DNA of 64,000 nucleotides from Batkoa obscura (Eukaryota): NCBI GenBank assembly GCA_030770535.1, contig JASVEC010000023.1, positions 558,001 to 622,000 of the forward strand, read 5' to 3'. Shown piece by piece: positions 1 to 10,561 of this stretch (position 1 is its first letter; each line of letters starts with the position of its first letter). The notes under the pieces were generated by a model. It saw only the letters and a program-made list of their open reading frames with translations, ran no database searches and was not told where the DNA came from. The position numbers and the translations under genes were made by a program.

Positions 1-7
1 TTAAAGG

Positions 8-598
8 TTCATAAATCCCTAATACGTATTCGAGAACGTAGATTAGCCCAATTTATTCCATGGGGGCCAGCCAGTATCCAAGTAGCCTTAACGCAGAAAT
101 CACCTTATGTACAAACGAGTCACAAAGTATCTGGGTTAATGTTAGCCAACCATACATCCATAACACAAGTAATTATTTGGTTTTGTATTAGAATTTATCT
201 CGAATTGTTTTTTTTAGTTATTTAAAAGAACCTTGGACCAATATACTAGATTAATGAGTCGTAAAGCTTACATTGATAATTATAAAAAATATCCTATATT
301 TTCAGATGGATTTGAAGAGTTTGATTCGTCAAGGTAATATTAACAATTTATTCTTTTAATTTCTATTTGATATGTATAAATTCAATTTATTTATCATTAT
401 AATAGAGAGGTGGTATTAGATTTAATGAATGAATATCATGCTTGTGAATCTCCTGATTTTGTTTCAAGGGTAAGTTTTTGTCTAAGTTTATTATTCCATT
501 ATTTGATTAATTTTTATTTCTTTTATTAGCAATCAACCCCTGTTCCTACACCAACTAGCTCTAGTCGACCTATTAGTTATAGAGGTTCTTACGAATAA
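8..598 (+). CDS. TUBG1: Gamma-tubulin, 3' portion (last 4 exons; 5' part lies outside the window)
   Basis: Manual translation gives [52 protein letters not shown]...LFKRTLDQY...[25 protein letters not shown], the gamma-tubulin C-terminal signature. Exons about 8-168, 219-333, 406-469, 530-598 with GT-AG introns; TAA at 596-598. Confidence 0.95.
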
Positions 599-619
599 TT
601 ATTAGTTTATTTGGCATAT

Positions 620-672
620 TATTTTTATTTTTATTTTATTTTTATTTTTATTTTTATTTTTATTTTTATTTT
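620..672. repeat. T-rich (TTTTA/TTTTTA)n low-complexity tract in the gamma-tubulin 3' flank
   Basis: Directly visible run of ttttta/tttta units. Confidence 0.8.
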
Positions 673-2064
673 TGATATTTTTAATGTTATGTAAAGTTAA
701 TTATAGCAATTTTTAAAATCAGTTCAATGTTCAAAGGGACTTATAGCTGGCATCTTTTCTAATTAGAACTATAACAAATTTCAAAGAAATCGGATTTAAC
801 TAATTGATCATTTTTAGAACTCAAGGCTATCAAGGGTTTGTGTCTTATTTTCAGAAAAGAAATTCAGTTAATTAACAGTCGAAGAGAATTTAAATAGGAT
901 AAAGTTTTTAAATTTTCATAAAATAGGCTTACTATTATAAGTTCTGTATCCTAAAAAGTTTAGTAAAATTTCTAGTAGAGATCGCACTTCGAGATATATG
1001 GAAGTAGTTAAAAATATACATAAATTCAATAAAGATAGGTTTTTCTACCTTAGGTATAAAGAAGTTGTCAGGACCATTAATCAAATCTAATACTCTAATT
1101 AGCCGAGATTCAATGCAGGTTGAACGCTTTTTGAAAACTATTATAAAGATCAATACCAAAGTTGTTGGTAATTTTGATGATATATATTAAGTTGAATACA
1201 AGGTGGAGCTAATCAATGGATTTTACACTCATGGAAAGTACATAAATGATTGGAACTCTTCCTATAAAATACTTTTTTATTGAAAGTTTATTTATTTTAG
1301 AAAATAAAACTTTGCTTTTAAATCTTATCAGTCGCATTGATATAATTTAATTGATAGTATAATATTTACTTTACATTTGTCCAGGAAGGCTTCAGAACTT
1401 CTTATTACTGTTGATTAAGGATTGAGCTTATCTTGTATTACCTTTATCGATTTATCAGTTGATACATCACTAAGCTTAGTGACTTCAAAGCCCCTACGGT
1501 TTACACATAGTTTTACCAGGAGGTGAGGCAATGATTTATTCATTGAATATAGCTTTGAAGTATGGAGAACTGATAGCGAATATTATGATTAATTTAATAT
1601 ATTAAAGTTGAGAATATCATTTTAATATGATTCAATTTTATGATTGTGAAGTTAAAAGTAATTCGTATTGCTATAAAATAAAATGCCAATGACATAAATT
1701 TATAATATTTAGATTTATTATTTTAATTAAAAGAATTATAAATAAACAATGTGATTTTTATTTTGCATAGAACTTAAAAAGTGAAAGTGAAACTAGATTT
1801 ATTTTACAATTCTGTGAGACATGTAAAAGTGGAAATAAATAAAATTTAACTCATATTACTTATTATGCAGTAGAATATAGTCAAAATAGTGCTCTTCAAT
1901 AAAAATCATACATCAAATAGTAACATTTTAAATTTATATTTCTCCAATGACTAAAACTCAACTAATTTACAAGGAATATCGTGAAACAAAGAATTATTAA
2001 AACAGTATAAATCGAATCTAAAATATAATTCTATTGTAAAAAAACCAAATTTAATCCAACTGCA

Positions 2065-3210
2065 ATGAATTCTTACCTTACTTTACTATTATTATCTACT
2101 TTAGTAAGCGATATCTTTGCTTATCCAAGTAACAGGTTACTTAAAAGAGATGAAGAGTTCCGTGAGCTGAATGAGGAAGGAAATGAGATGATCTGTCGAT
2201 TGAATGCTTTGCGTCGAGAAAATGGCAAAAAAAATATGCTACTTGACTACCGTATTACAGCAGCAGCCCAAAAACATGCTGAAGCAATGAAACAACATCA
2301 AACCTTGTCGCATGAAGGTTTTACTCCAGAAACCAAAGGGTTTATGGATCGAATTCATCTTGAAGGCTACAAAGGTGGCGCTGGTGCTGAAAATGTTTGT
2401 CAAGGCGCAAAAAATGCAGCTGATACCATTAAATGTTGGAAAAACTCCCCTGGGCACTTTGAAAATATGATGGGTGATAGTGATTGTTTTGGCTATGGAA
2501 GAGAAGATATTTATTCTGTTCAGGATTTTGCCAGCGGCGAAGCCTGTCAAGGTTACGGTGATATTGATTGTACTAAATACGGGATCGATGAAGGTTTAAA
2601 ACAAACTGTTGAAGGTGACGGATCCCAACCTGGGGATAAGAAGCCTGAGGAGGAGAAACCTGAAGATAAAAAACTGGGAAAGGAGCTGAATACAACAACT
2701 CCAAACAACAGCAGCCTAAATGAAGAAGGAAAAGAGATGATCTGTCGATTGAATGCTTTGCGTCGAGAAAATGGTAAAAGGGATGTGCTTTTAGATCATC
2801 GTATAATGCTTGCAGCACAAAAACATGCTGAAGCAATGAAACAACATCAAACCTTGTCGCATGAAGGTTTTACTCCAGAAACCAAAGGGTTTATGGATCG
2901 AATTCATCTTGAAGGCTACAAAGGTGGTGCAGGTGGTGAAAATATTTGTCAAGGTTCTGGTAATATTGTAGATGTTTTGAATTGCTGGAAAAATTCCCCA
3001 AATCACTTCAAAATTATGATGACGGATTATCAATGCTTTGGCTATGGTAGGGATCATGAATTTTGGGTTCAAGATTTTGCTAGTGGTGATAAGTGTATTG
3101 GTTATGGTGATATTAATTGTTCAAAATATGGGATAGACGAAATTTTAAAGCAACCTTTGGAAGGTGAGAAGCATCAGTTAGAGGATAAAAATCAGAAGGT
3201 AAAGAATTAG
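2065..3210 (+). CDS. Secreted protein with two tandem CAP/SCP (PR-1/YkwD-like) domains
   Basis: Signal peptide MNSYLTLLLLSTLVSDIFA, then a KR dibasic site. Two copies of LNALRRENG...AAQKHAEAM...LSH...ENV/IC...WKNSPxHF..M...FGYG...VQDF, the CAP-domain motifs. Intronless. Confidence 0.9.
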   Translation: MNSYLTLLLLSTLVSDIFAYPSNRLLKRDEEFRELNEEGNEMICRLNALRRENGKKNMLLDYRITAAAQKHAEAMKQHQTLSHEGFTPETKGFMDRIHLEGYKGGAGAENVCQGAKNAADTIKCWKNSPGHFENMMGDSDCFGYGREDIYSVQDFASGEACQGYGDIDCTKYGIDEGLKQTVEGDGSQPGDKKPEEEKPEDKKLGKELNTTTPNNSSLNEEGKEMICRLNALRRENGKRDVLLDHRIMLAAQKHAEAMKQHQTLSHEGFTPETKGFMDRIHLEGYKGGAGGENICQGSGNIVDVLNCWKNSPNHFKIMMTDYQCFGYGRDHEFWVQDFASGDKCIGYGDINCSKYGIDEILKQPLEGEKHQLEDKNQKVKN

Positions 3211-3512
3211 AAGAGAATAACCAAAGCTATACTAAATCACTAAAAAGGAAATCTCTTTAACCAATTCATGTTAAATATAGTAGCCATTAAACTATTAAAA
3301 GATTAAATGAGAATTTTTCTAAAAGTCACAATGTTTTAAATTTAATCATCTTTTTCAAAATCAGTATTTTATACTGCTACTTGTTAAATAATACTTAAAT
3401 TAGTACATACTTTATTTGATTTTACCAAAATTAAATAATAAATCAAGTTCCATAAACTTAATAATGAAGATAATAAATTTAAATATTTTAAATAATCTTA
3501 TAAATTCAAATA

Positions 3513-3977
3513 TGTGAAATCTGGTACTTAGTGTTTGGAGCCAAAAAACAGCTATTATCTGATTGACTACACTATAAGTCGAAAGGTCTTAGTTTATGTG
3601 ACTAAGATAGACTTAGATTATGAAGAACAGCATGTGATAGGCTACATGCTATGCAAAACAAATAGAATAGACAATACTAATGTAAAATCTATGTAAAATA
3701 CTATTAAGTAAACTTACTGGCTTTATTAAATGTTCGAGATATTAGGGAATAATTCAGTTAAAAAGCCTCGAACTACTATACTCTAAAATCTCTTTTATAC
3801 TCTGAAAAGTATAAATATCAAAATGAGAAGATAATATTCTTTGGGATGGAGCTAGAAATTCTCATAACAAATCAAACTAAGAACGTGGGATTGATTTTCT
3901 CTGAACTCAAGAATACAACAGCTTAGGCGATTGTTATGCTATAGTTAACCATGGGACTGACAAAGCGATATTTCACA
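3513..3977 (+). mobile_element. Solo LTR (~465 bp)
   Basis: Starts TGTGAAAT and ends ATTTCACA (TG...CA with a short inverted repeat). A homologous copy lies in reverse orientation at 45088-45551. No TSD here (AATA / AGAG). Strand is relative only. Confidence 0.8.
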
Positions 3978-5570
3978 AGAGCTACTTATAACAACCCAAG
4001 ATTTATGGAATTTTATAATAAAACAAAACAAAGAAAAGATATATTATCAAAGTTTACTATCGATAATAATAAACTTAATCAAGCAATGTATAAAATTAGT
4101 GCTCTAAGGGAAACAGGAAATAAAGATCAACAAGTAGCGTTATTATCAATATGATTATTCAAAAATAAGTAATAACAGTAGTAAAATATCAACATTACAA
4201 CCTATTATTAAAAATACAAAAAAAAATTGAAGATGACCAAATTGAAACTATTATACAATATTTACTAAATGATTCAACTATTTCATCAAGATTTGGGGCT
4301 GTTTTTTTTGGCTTCACTACTTTTTCCATCTTTTAAGCGTTATTTGGGTGGAAAAATTGTTAGTAAAATTCTTAAATACAGAAATACATCCCCATTTAAT
4401 AAAAAAATGATGATAGTAAGTAAAAGTAGAAGAATGATACACAGTAAATATTTTAATGATCTAAGAGATAAAGCAGTAGCTAGGTCAACGTTTTTTAAAT
4501 ATATACCAAGTAGTTTCAAAAATCCAGCAAGAAAAACGGATTAATGTAATATATGTACCCAGTATGCAGTTAGAAAAAAGTTATTCGAAAATAAAATAAA
4601 TGCAGCAATAAAAAACAAAGCAGAGATAAAAGAAATTTTCAGTGAAGAAAGATTATACAAATTACACAAATTCTGTGTTGATACTCAAAAAAACACATTT
4701 AACAAAACTATTAAGAAACTAAATAATAAAAGTTGTATAATAGTTTTAGATTTTAAACAAAATATGGAAATAGGAGCAAGACTAGATTTAATAAATTTAG
4801 ATCATTATAATAAACAAGCTATATCGGCATTAGGTTTTGGCGTTTTATATTTAAAAGATGATAAAACAATAGGGGAAGTTTACTTTGGTTATTTATCTGG
4901 AATATTGAATTATGATTCAGCGTATGCAGGAGATTGTTTAATCGATTTAATCTCTACAGAGCTTTTATTTAAAAAGTTTACAAAAACTAATATATGGGGA
5001 GATACAGGAAATCATTTTAAATCCCAGGAGTTCCTACATTATGTGTTTAAAGAAATCCACAAAATAAATACTAGTTTGAATGTTAATCTTAATTTCTTTG
5101 CTGAGAATCATGGAAAAAGTATAGTTGATGAACATTTTGGAAACCTTTCAAAATGGAAAAGTAATTTTGAAATGTTAGGTAAAATAGAAGATATCAATCA
5201 ACTAATTTCAAGATTTAAGACTTTTATTTGCGAGCATGATGAAATTAATAACTCGACTGTTAATAATGGGAAAACAGATACAATTTTTAAAAAGTATGAA
5301 AGAAACAAAAACACAAAAAGAATAATATAGATGCAAGGTATTAAGAAGTATTTACAATTTATTAAATATAACAATAAATTACATTGTTATCCAGTATTTG
5401 ATACATAAAAAAAAGCAATATAGTTCCAATTAGAGTTATAGAGTCTATAGAAAATAGAAAATAGAAAATAGAAAATAGAAAAATTAAAAGATCAATCCCA
5501 GCTTATCTTACGAAGATGACAGAGAATTTAAAATTTTCGATATTTACTAAGCAAGTAGTCTGTTGAATGA
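3978..5570 (+). mobile_element. Decayed DNA-transposon transposase, Sola-like DDD type, interrupted by stops and a MITE
   Basis: Reading frames around ORF 4764-5330 give ...STFFKYIP...KTD*CNIC...IIVLDFKQN...WGDTGNHFKS...FFAENHGKSIVDEHFG. This resembles the D..D..HGK..D catalytic pattern of Sola-type transposases. In-frame stops; MITE at 4295-4393. Confidence 0.65.
4295..4393 (+). mobile_element. MITE family A copy inserted in the transposase
   Basis: GGGGCTGTTTTTT...AAATACATCCCC flanked by an ATTT direct repeat. Confidence 0.9.
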
Positions 5571-5686
5571 TAGAAATAGATTGTTAAATGTTAAGATTAC
5601 TTAAGTTATTAATAGCTAAGTTAATAAATAGTCAAAGAACAAGTAACTGTAATAATATGTAAAAACTATTATCACTTGTACTATAT

Positions 5687-6053
5687 AGGGATGTTTAATT
5701 ATAGTTTTGAGGCTAACCACTCCCTCCAATGCAGCTATTTATTAACTTGGCAATATATTAGTAAGTAATTATAACATTAAAATAGTTTAGTTATTTGATA
5801 ATAAATCTGCAATGTTGGTTGTAAAGTGCTCATAATAAATATTTCTCAATAAAGTTTTATAAGAATATGTATTTGAGATTTAGTAGAAATTCAACTAACT
5901 TACAGTATGAACTATAATAGAATGATTTAGAACTGTGTTTAGGTACTTTTGTTTTAATAAAAAATTTGATTTTATAGAATTTTAAGCGAAGTTTTTAAAA
6001 TACAATTCTTTTCAAAAATTGGATAAAATAATGAAACTAATTCAGACAACCCC
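5687..6053. mobile_element. Longer non-autonomous TIR element related to MITE family A
   Basis: Left end AGGGATGTTTAATTATAGTTT and right end AAACTAATTCAGACAACCCC form an imperfect inverted repeat; ATAT on both sides. Confidence 0.5.
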
Positions 6054-6252
6054 ATATACTCCAAAGATAGATTGAAAAGAGAAAACCTCCGAATACTGTT
6101 ACTAGTCTAACTTTTATTGACCTAGACGTTCATTTGGATAACAATAACAATAGTGACAACGGTGATACTTTTTCATATTGTTATAAAATGAATGGTAATA
6201 ACGTTAGTCTAACTGGTAATTTAAACCTGAATCAAATAGGAAATATGAATAT

Positions 6253-6350
6253 GTGGATGTATTTTTTTATTTAGAAATTTTACTAATAATATTTCCGCCC
6301 AAATAGCGCTTAAAAAACAAAAAAAGTAATCAAACCAAAAAAACATCCCC
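6253..6350 (-). mobile_element. MITE family A copy
   Basis: GTGGATGTATTTTT...AAACATCCCC with ATAT TSD; reverse complement of the 4295-4393 copy. Confidence 0.85.
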
Positions 6351-6955
6351 ATATGGTCAATCAAGGGAATTGTTAAGTTAATGAGACTACCCTTCGCCAT
6401 CTTTCAGAGCTTAGAGAAGATAACACAAGAATACCATCAACTTTGTAACTATATAATACCATATTGCTTATACTCCCAACCATTTAAAATGAAACGCAAG
6501 TTATCTTTGTCGAATTCAATAAGACAAATAATAGTTACTACAATTTTTTATTTTATTTGAAGCTATGATCAAGCTCTGGAATTTATTATACCAAATTAGC
6601 TTAAAATTAAATTTCAAGTCGAACTTTTTAAAAACATTTTATTTTTTAATTTATTAAGTGTATAGCTAGCTGTATAGTTGACAGAACATATTTAAACATA
6701 GTGGATGCTGACTTTAATTTTTGAAGCTGCCAAAAAAACCTTTATTAATAGAAGCTTATAAATTAGGTATATACCTAACTTAAATCTAACTTTGACTGTT
6801 ATCATTGTTTTTGTTTATAGTTTATAAAACTTATAGACTATCTATAACTCCGAAAAATTAAAAAAATCCACTCATCTCCCTATCAACTCACTTATTCTTC
6901 TTCTACTAAAGGCTAACTATTCTATATTAATGTTAGTTCAAGTGGTTTTACATAT

Positions 6956-7054
6956 AGGGATGTATTTTTGTGTTCAAGAATTTTACTAACAATTTTTTTA
7001 CTTAAATAGCGCTTAAAAAAATGGAAAAGTAATGAAATCAAAAAAAACATCCTC
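6956..7054 (-). mobile_element. MITE family A copy
   Basis: AGGGATGTATTTTTG...AAACATCCTC with ATAT TSD. Confidence 0.85.
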
Positions 7055-7103
7055 ATATAGATTCATTATTTCTAATTGACTATTTGTCCATTTTATAGCA
7101 TAA

Positions 7104-7201
7104 GGGAGTGTTTTTTTTGACTTCATTATTTTTCCATTTTTTAAGCGCTATTTGAGTGGAAAATTTGTTGGTAAAATTCTTAAATACAAAAATACATCCC
7201 C
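7104..7201 (+). mobile_element. MITE family A copy
   Basis: GGGAGTGTTTTT...AATACATCCCC with ATAA TSD. Confidence 0.9.
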
Positions 7202-7872
7202 ATAAGATTTAAAAAATTAGTGCAAACACTGAAATACGAAAAGACACTTTTAGATAGATTATTTTTTTAAATTCTGCTATCTACTTTTAGGCTTTCTTGA
7301 GTCCACCTTAGCTCAATAAAAGTCTGTATTTATATTGTTATCAGAAATGTGCTACTTATACAAGATCTGGACTGGAGACTCATTGATTCCCCATTAGTCT
7401 TTATCATTATTTTTAAATATCTAAGTGATTAGGGTACCCACCTTATAAATCAATCAAAGGTTATTACTAAAGGTATATAAATATAGTATACTAAAAAATC
7501 ATTATAATAAAATTTACTGTTTTTGTAAGATTTTAAGTAAAAAAATAAAATCACAAATTAGTCATAAACTACAATATTAAAAATAATAGTTCAAAATAGA
7601 TAAAAATAAAAAGTGGCGATAATTATAATGAAAAGCCTATTAAATGTAAATAGTTCTTATTGATGCATTTTTTGCTTTGAATATCTTATAAACACAGATG
7701 AACAAAAAACAGAATATATATTAAATTACACTATACTTTATTGATTAATTAAAATTTCAGCCTTTAAATGATATTAATATGCTTCAACTATAGTAAATAA
7801 CTGGAACGATATTTAACAAGCATTAGAGCCATTATGAAAGGTGAGAGGCAAAAAGTTAAGGAGTTATATGAA

Positions 7873-8868
7873 TTAATTTTTGTGTTTCAATACTTCAACA
7901 TCAGCATCGACGTTTGCAAGATGAGGTCCATTCTTAGTACCTAATACATCAGCATCGACATCGGCTGATACTAAAGAGTTACCACGTCCATCTTTGGCAA
8001 CATCAGCTTTAACTTTAGCTTGAGCTAATCCGTCTTTATTCAATACATGTGCATCGACATCAGCTGATACTAAAGATTGTCCATTGCTGCCTTTGGCAAC
8101 ATCAGCTTTGACTTTAGCATCAACTAATCCTTTTTTACTTAAAACATCAGCATCAATATCAGCTGATACTAAAGAATTTCCACGTCCATCTTTAGCAACA
8201 TCAGCCTTAACATCAGCATTAAGTAGCCCATCTTTGGATAATGCTTTTGCTCTGATATCAGCATCAATCAAAGCTTGACCATTTTTACCTTTGAGAACAT
8301 CAGCTTTAACTCCTAAGTCTAATAAACCACAGTTACTAAGAAGATCAAGGTCAACATCAGCATTGACAAGGTTTAAGACATTAGCACCAATATTCAATCC
8401 TAATAAACCTCTTTTTGGACGACATGGACGCTTTCCATTGTTACCGTTACCACTTCCGTTATTTCCTCCATTATTTCCTCCATTGTTACCACCGTTGTTA
8501 CCTCCATTATTTCCTCCATTATTACCACCGTTGTTACCTCCATTATTTCCTCCATTGTTACCACCGTTGTTACCTCCATTATTTCCTCCATTGTTACCTC
8601 CATTATTTCCTCCATTGTTACCACCGTTGTTACCTCCATTATTTCCTCCATTATTACCTCCATTATTACCTCCATTATGCCCTCCATGTTTATAACCATT
8701 ATTGAAGTATCTTCTATTTAATAAACTTTCGATAGCATCTGAATCGCTTCCAGTAGGCATAGTTCTTAACAAACTATTGTTGACTAAGCTTGGGTCTTCT
8801 AAAAAGATAGGGGCAGATAGTACATTAGATAAGGAAGGAACTAAAAGTAGAGTGTATTTTAAAAGCAT
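7873..8868 (-). CDS. Secreted protein: signal peptide, (GGNN)n tract, KR site, amphipathic 'ADVxADV' beta-repeat domain (paralog 1)
   Basis: 331-aa intronless ORF with hydrophobic N-terminus, about 19 GGNN units, then KRPCRPKR followed by repeats such as GLLNADVKADVAKDGRGNSLVSADIDADVLSKK. Function unknown. Confidence 0.85.
   Translation of the reverse strand: MLLKYTLLLVPSLSNVLSAPIFLEDPSLVNNSLLRTMPTGSDSDAIESLLNRRYFNNGYKHGGHNGGNNGGNNGGNNGGNNGGNNGGNNGGNNGGNNGGNNGGNNGGNNGGNNGGNNGGNNGGNNGGNNGGNNGGNNGSGNGNNGKRPCRPKRGLLGLNIGANVLNLVNADVDLDLLSNCGLLDLGVKADVLKGKNGQALIDADIRAKALSKDGLLNADVKADVAKDGRGNSLVSADIDADVLSKKGLVDAKVKADVAKGSNGQSLVSADVDAHVLNKDGLAQAKVKADVAKDGRGNSLVSADVDADVLGTKNGPHLANVDADVEVLKHKN
8440..8690 (-). 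repeat. 12-bp coding tandem repeat encoding (GGNN)n
   Basis: Repeated ttatttcctcca / ttgttaccaccg / ttgttacctcca units. Confidence 0.95.
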
Positions 8869-9652
8869 ATTTTTAGTTGTTATGTAATATTAAAGTAAGT
8901 AGTTTAAACTGCTTTTTTTATAAACTTTTACTCGCTTTTTAGGCCCCTTTTATATTCTTTATTTCAAACTACCAAACTATGACTTTTAATTTCAATTTTT
9001 GCCCCTAGAAATCTACTAACTTAAAACGTATTTTAATATACTTTGTAATATTAAATTTTTATGCTTTTTTACATCACATTTTCAATGACTAAACTGTACT
9101 TCCCCTTAAAAACATTAAACTAGTTTTGTATTTTGAATCAAGTTTTCTATTCAAACTTGGTCTGCTCTTTTAATTCATCCCTTAATTTTATACTTTTTCA
9201 ATTTAAGCTAACTTTTTATTCTTACTCCATCCTATTTTTAGGTATTTAATCCAAATTTCTTATTTTTTCTATTTGGGTTTTTTAACACATGTTTTAATTT
9301 TTTTAATGGCTATTCTAGCTATATAATAATAAATCAAATATGCGTTAATAGTTTATTTTCATCATAATAAATTGACATTTTTGGTATGTTTAATGTCATA
9401 ATTTATTATATTGTGTGTTATTGTATTTCCAAGAGTCAATTATTTAGCTAGTATTTACTTCAAAATTCAATGATAATTTAAATGACTCAAGGCCATCCAA
9501 CTAATAACAACACCTTAAATAAATAATATGAGTTGAAAATTATAACAAAAGAGTGATAGAAAAATGAAAAAAGTTGCTTGATACATGTACGTTTTGTTTT
9601 TTACATCAATCAAAGGAAATTTAAGTTATATGAATAAAAAGAAATTCGATAT

Positions 9653-9741
9653 AGGGATGTGTTTTTTAAGAATTTACTAGCAATTTTTCTACTCAAAGAG
9701 CGTTTAGGAAATGAAAAAAATAAGACCAAAAAAACACCCCT
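9653..9741 (-). mobile_element. MITE family A copy (internally deleted)
   Basis: AGGGATGTGTTTTTTAAGAATTTACTAGC...AAACACCCCT with ATAT TSD. Confidence 0.75.
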
Positions 9742-10561
9742 ATATATTCATAGCAAAAGGCTCTGAACGATGCTACAAAAATAGATTAAACTATGCAATA
9801 ATTGAAGAAAAGGAAATTCAGTCATTAATACACTGTTATAAAATAGTAATGCTCAAGTAAGAACATTATATATGATAGCAAATCAAGTACTCACAAATAA
9901 CCAAATAGAAGAACATAAACTATCATCCTGATATTAATTAATTGTTGCTTTTCTTTATTCAAGTATGTCAATTTACAATTATTTTCAAATATATAATTTT
10001 CTGATTCATGCATCTTAAATGAACTAAATGTTTTGTTAATAAAGTTAAATTCAAATCATTGGGAATTTTGATTAAATATAAATTTGACAGGAAATCTTTT
10101 GCTAGAAAATAGTCTAGGTAAATCACGTTATGTATTAAAATCTTTATAAATACTGTGACTTTTGTTTTCAAAGTTACTATCAGAACTGGCTGTCTTAATT
10201 ATACAATACGATTTCTTAATAACATTTATAATAGTATATCTATTAACCATCTATTAACTATTTATTTTAATGAGTATAACCATCAATCTTCTCATGCTTA
10301 GTTACTTTAACTTGTAATAAGAGAAATTATTTGTTTTAAGAAAAATTATCTTAAAAATCAGCTTTAGCTATACAAACTACATAATAAACTGTTTTTAAAC
10401 TAACTCGTTAAATAAAATCAAGATTTTAAAGTGAAATTTAAGTTGATAAATTATTTATTCAACTTGATAAAACCTAACTCATATTATTAACAAATAATTA
10501 AACAACAAAACAACTAAAGTTAATAATTTTTATTTGATTAAGAAGAATATAATGAAATTAA

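Noticed and set aside
700..1600. ORF 935-1159 and coding-like composition after gamma-tubulin
   Set aside because: No recognisable motif or consistent frame; may be a decayed gene but cannot be supported.
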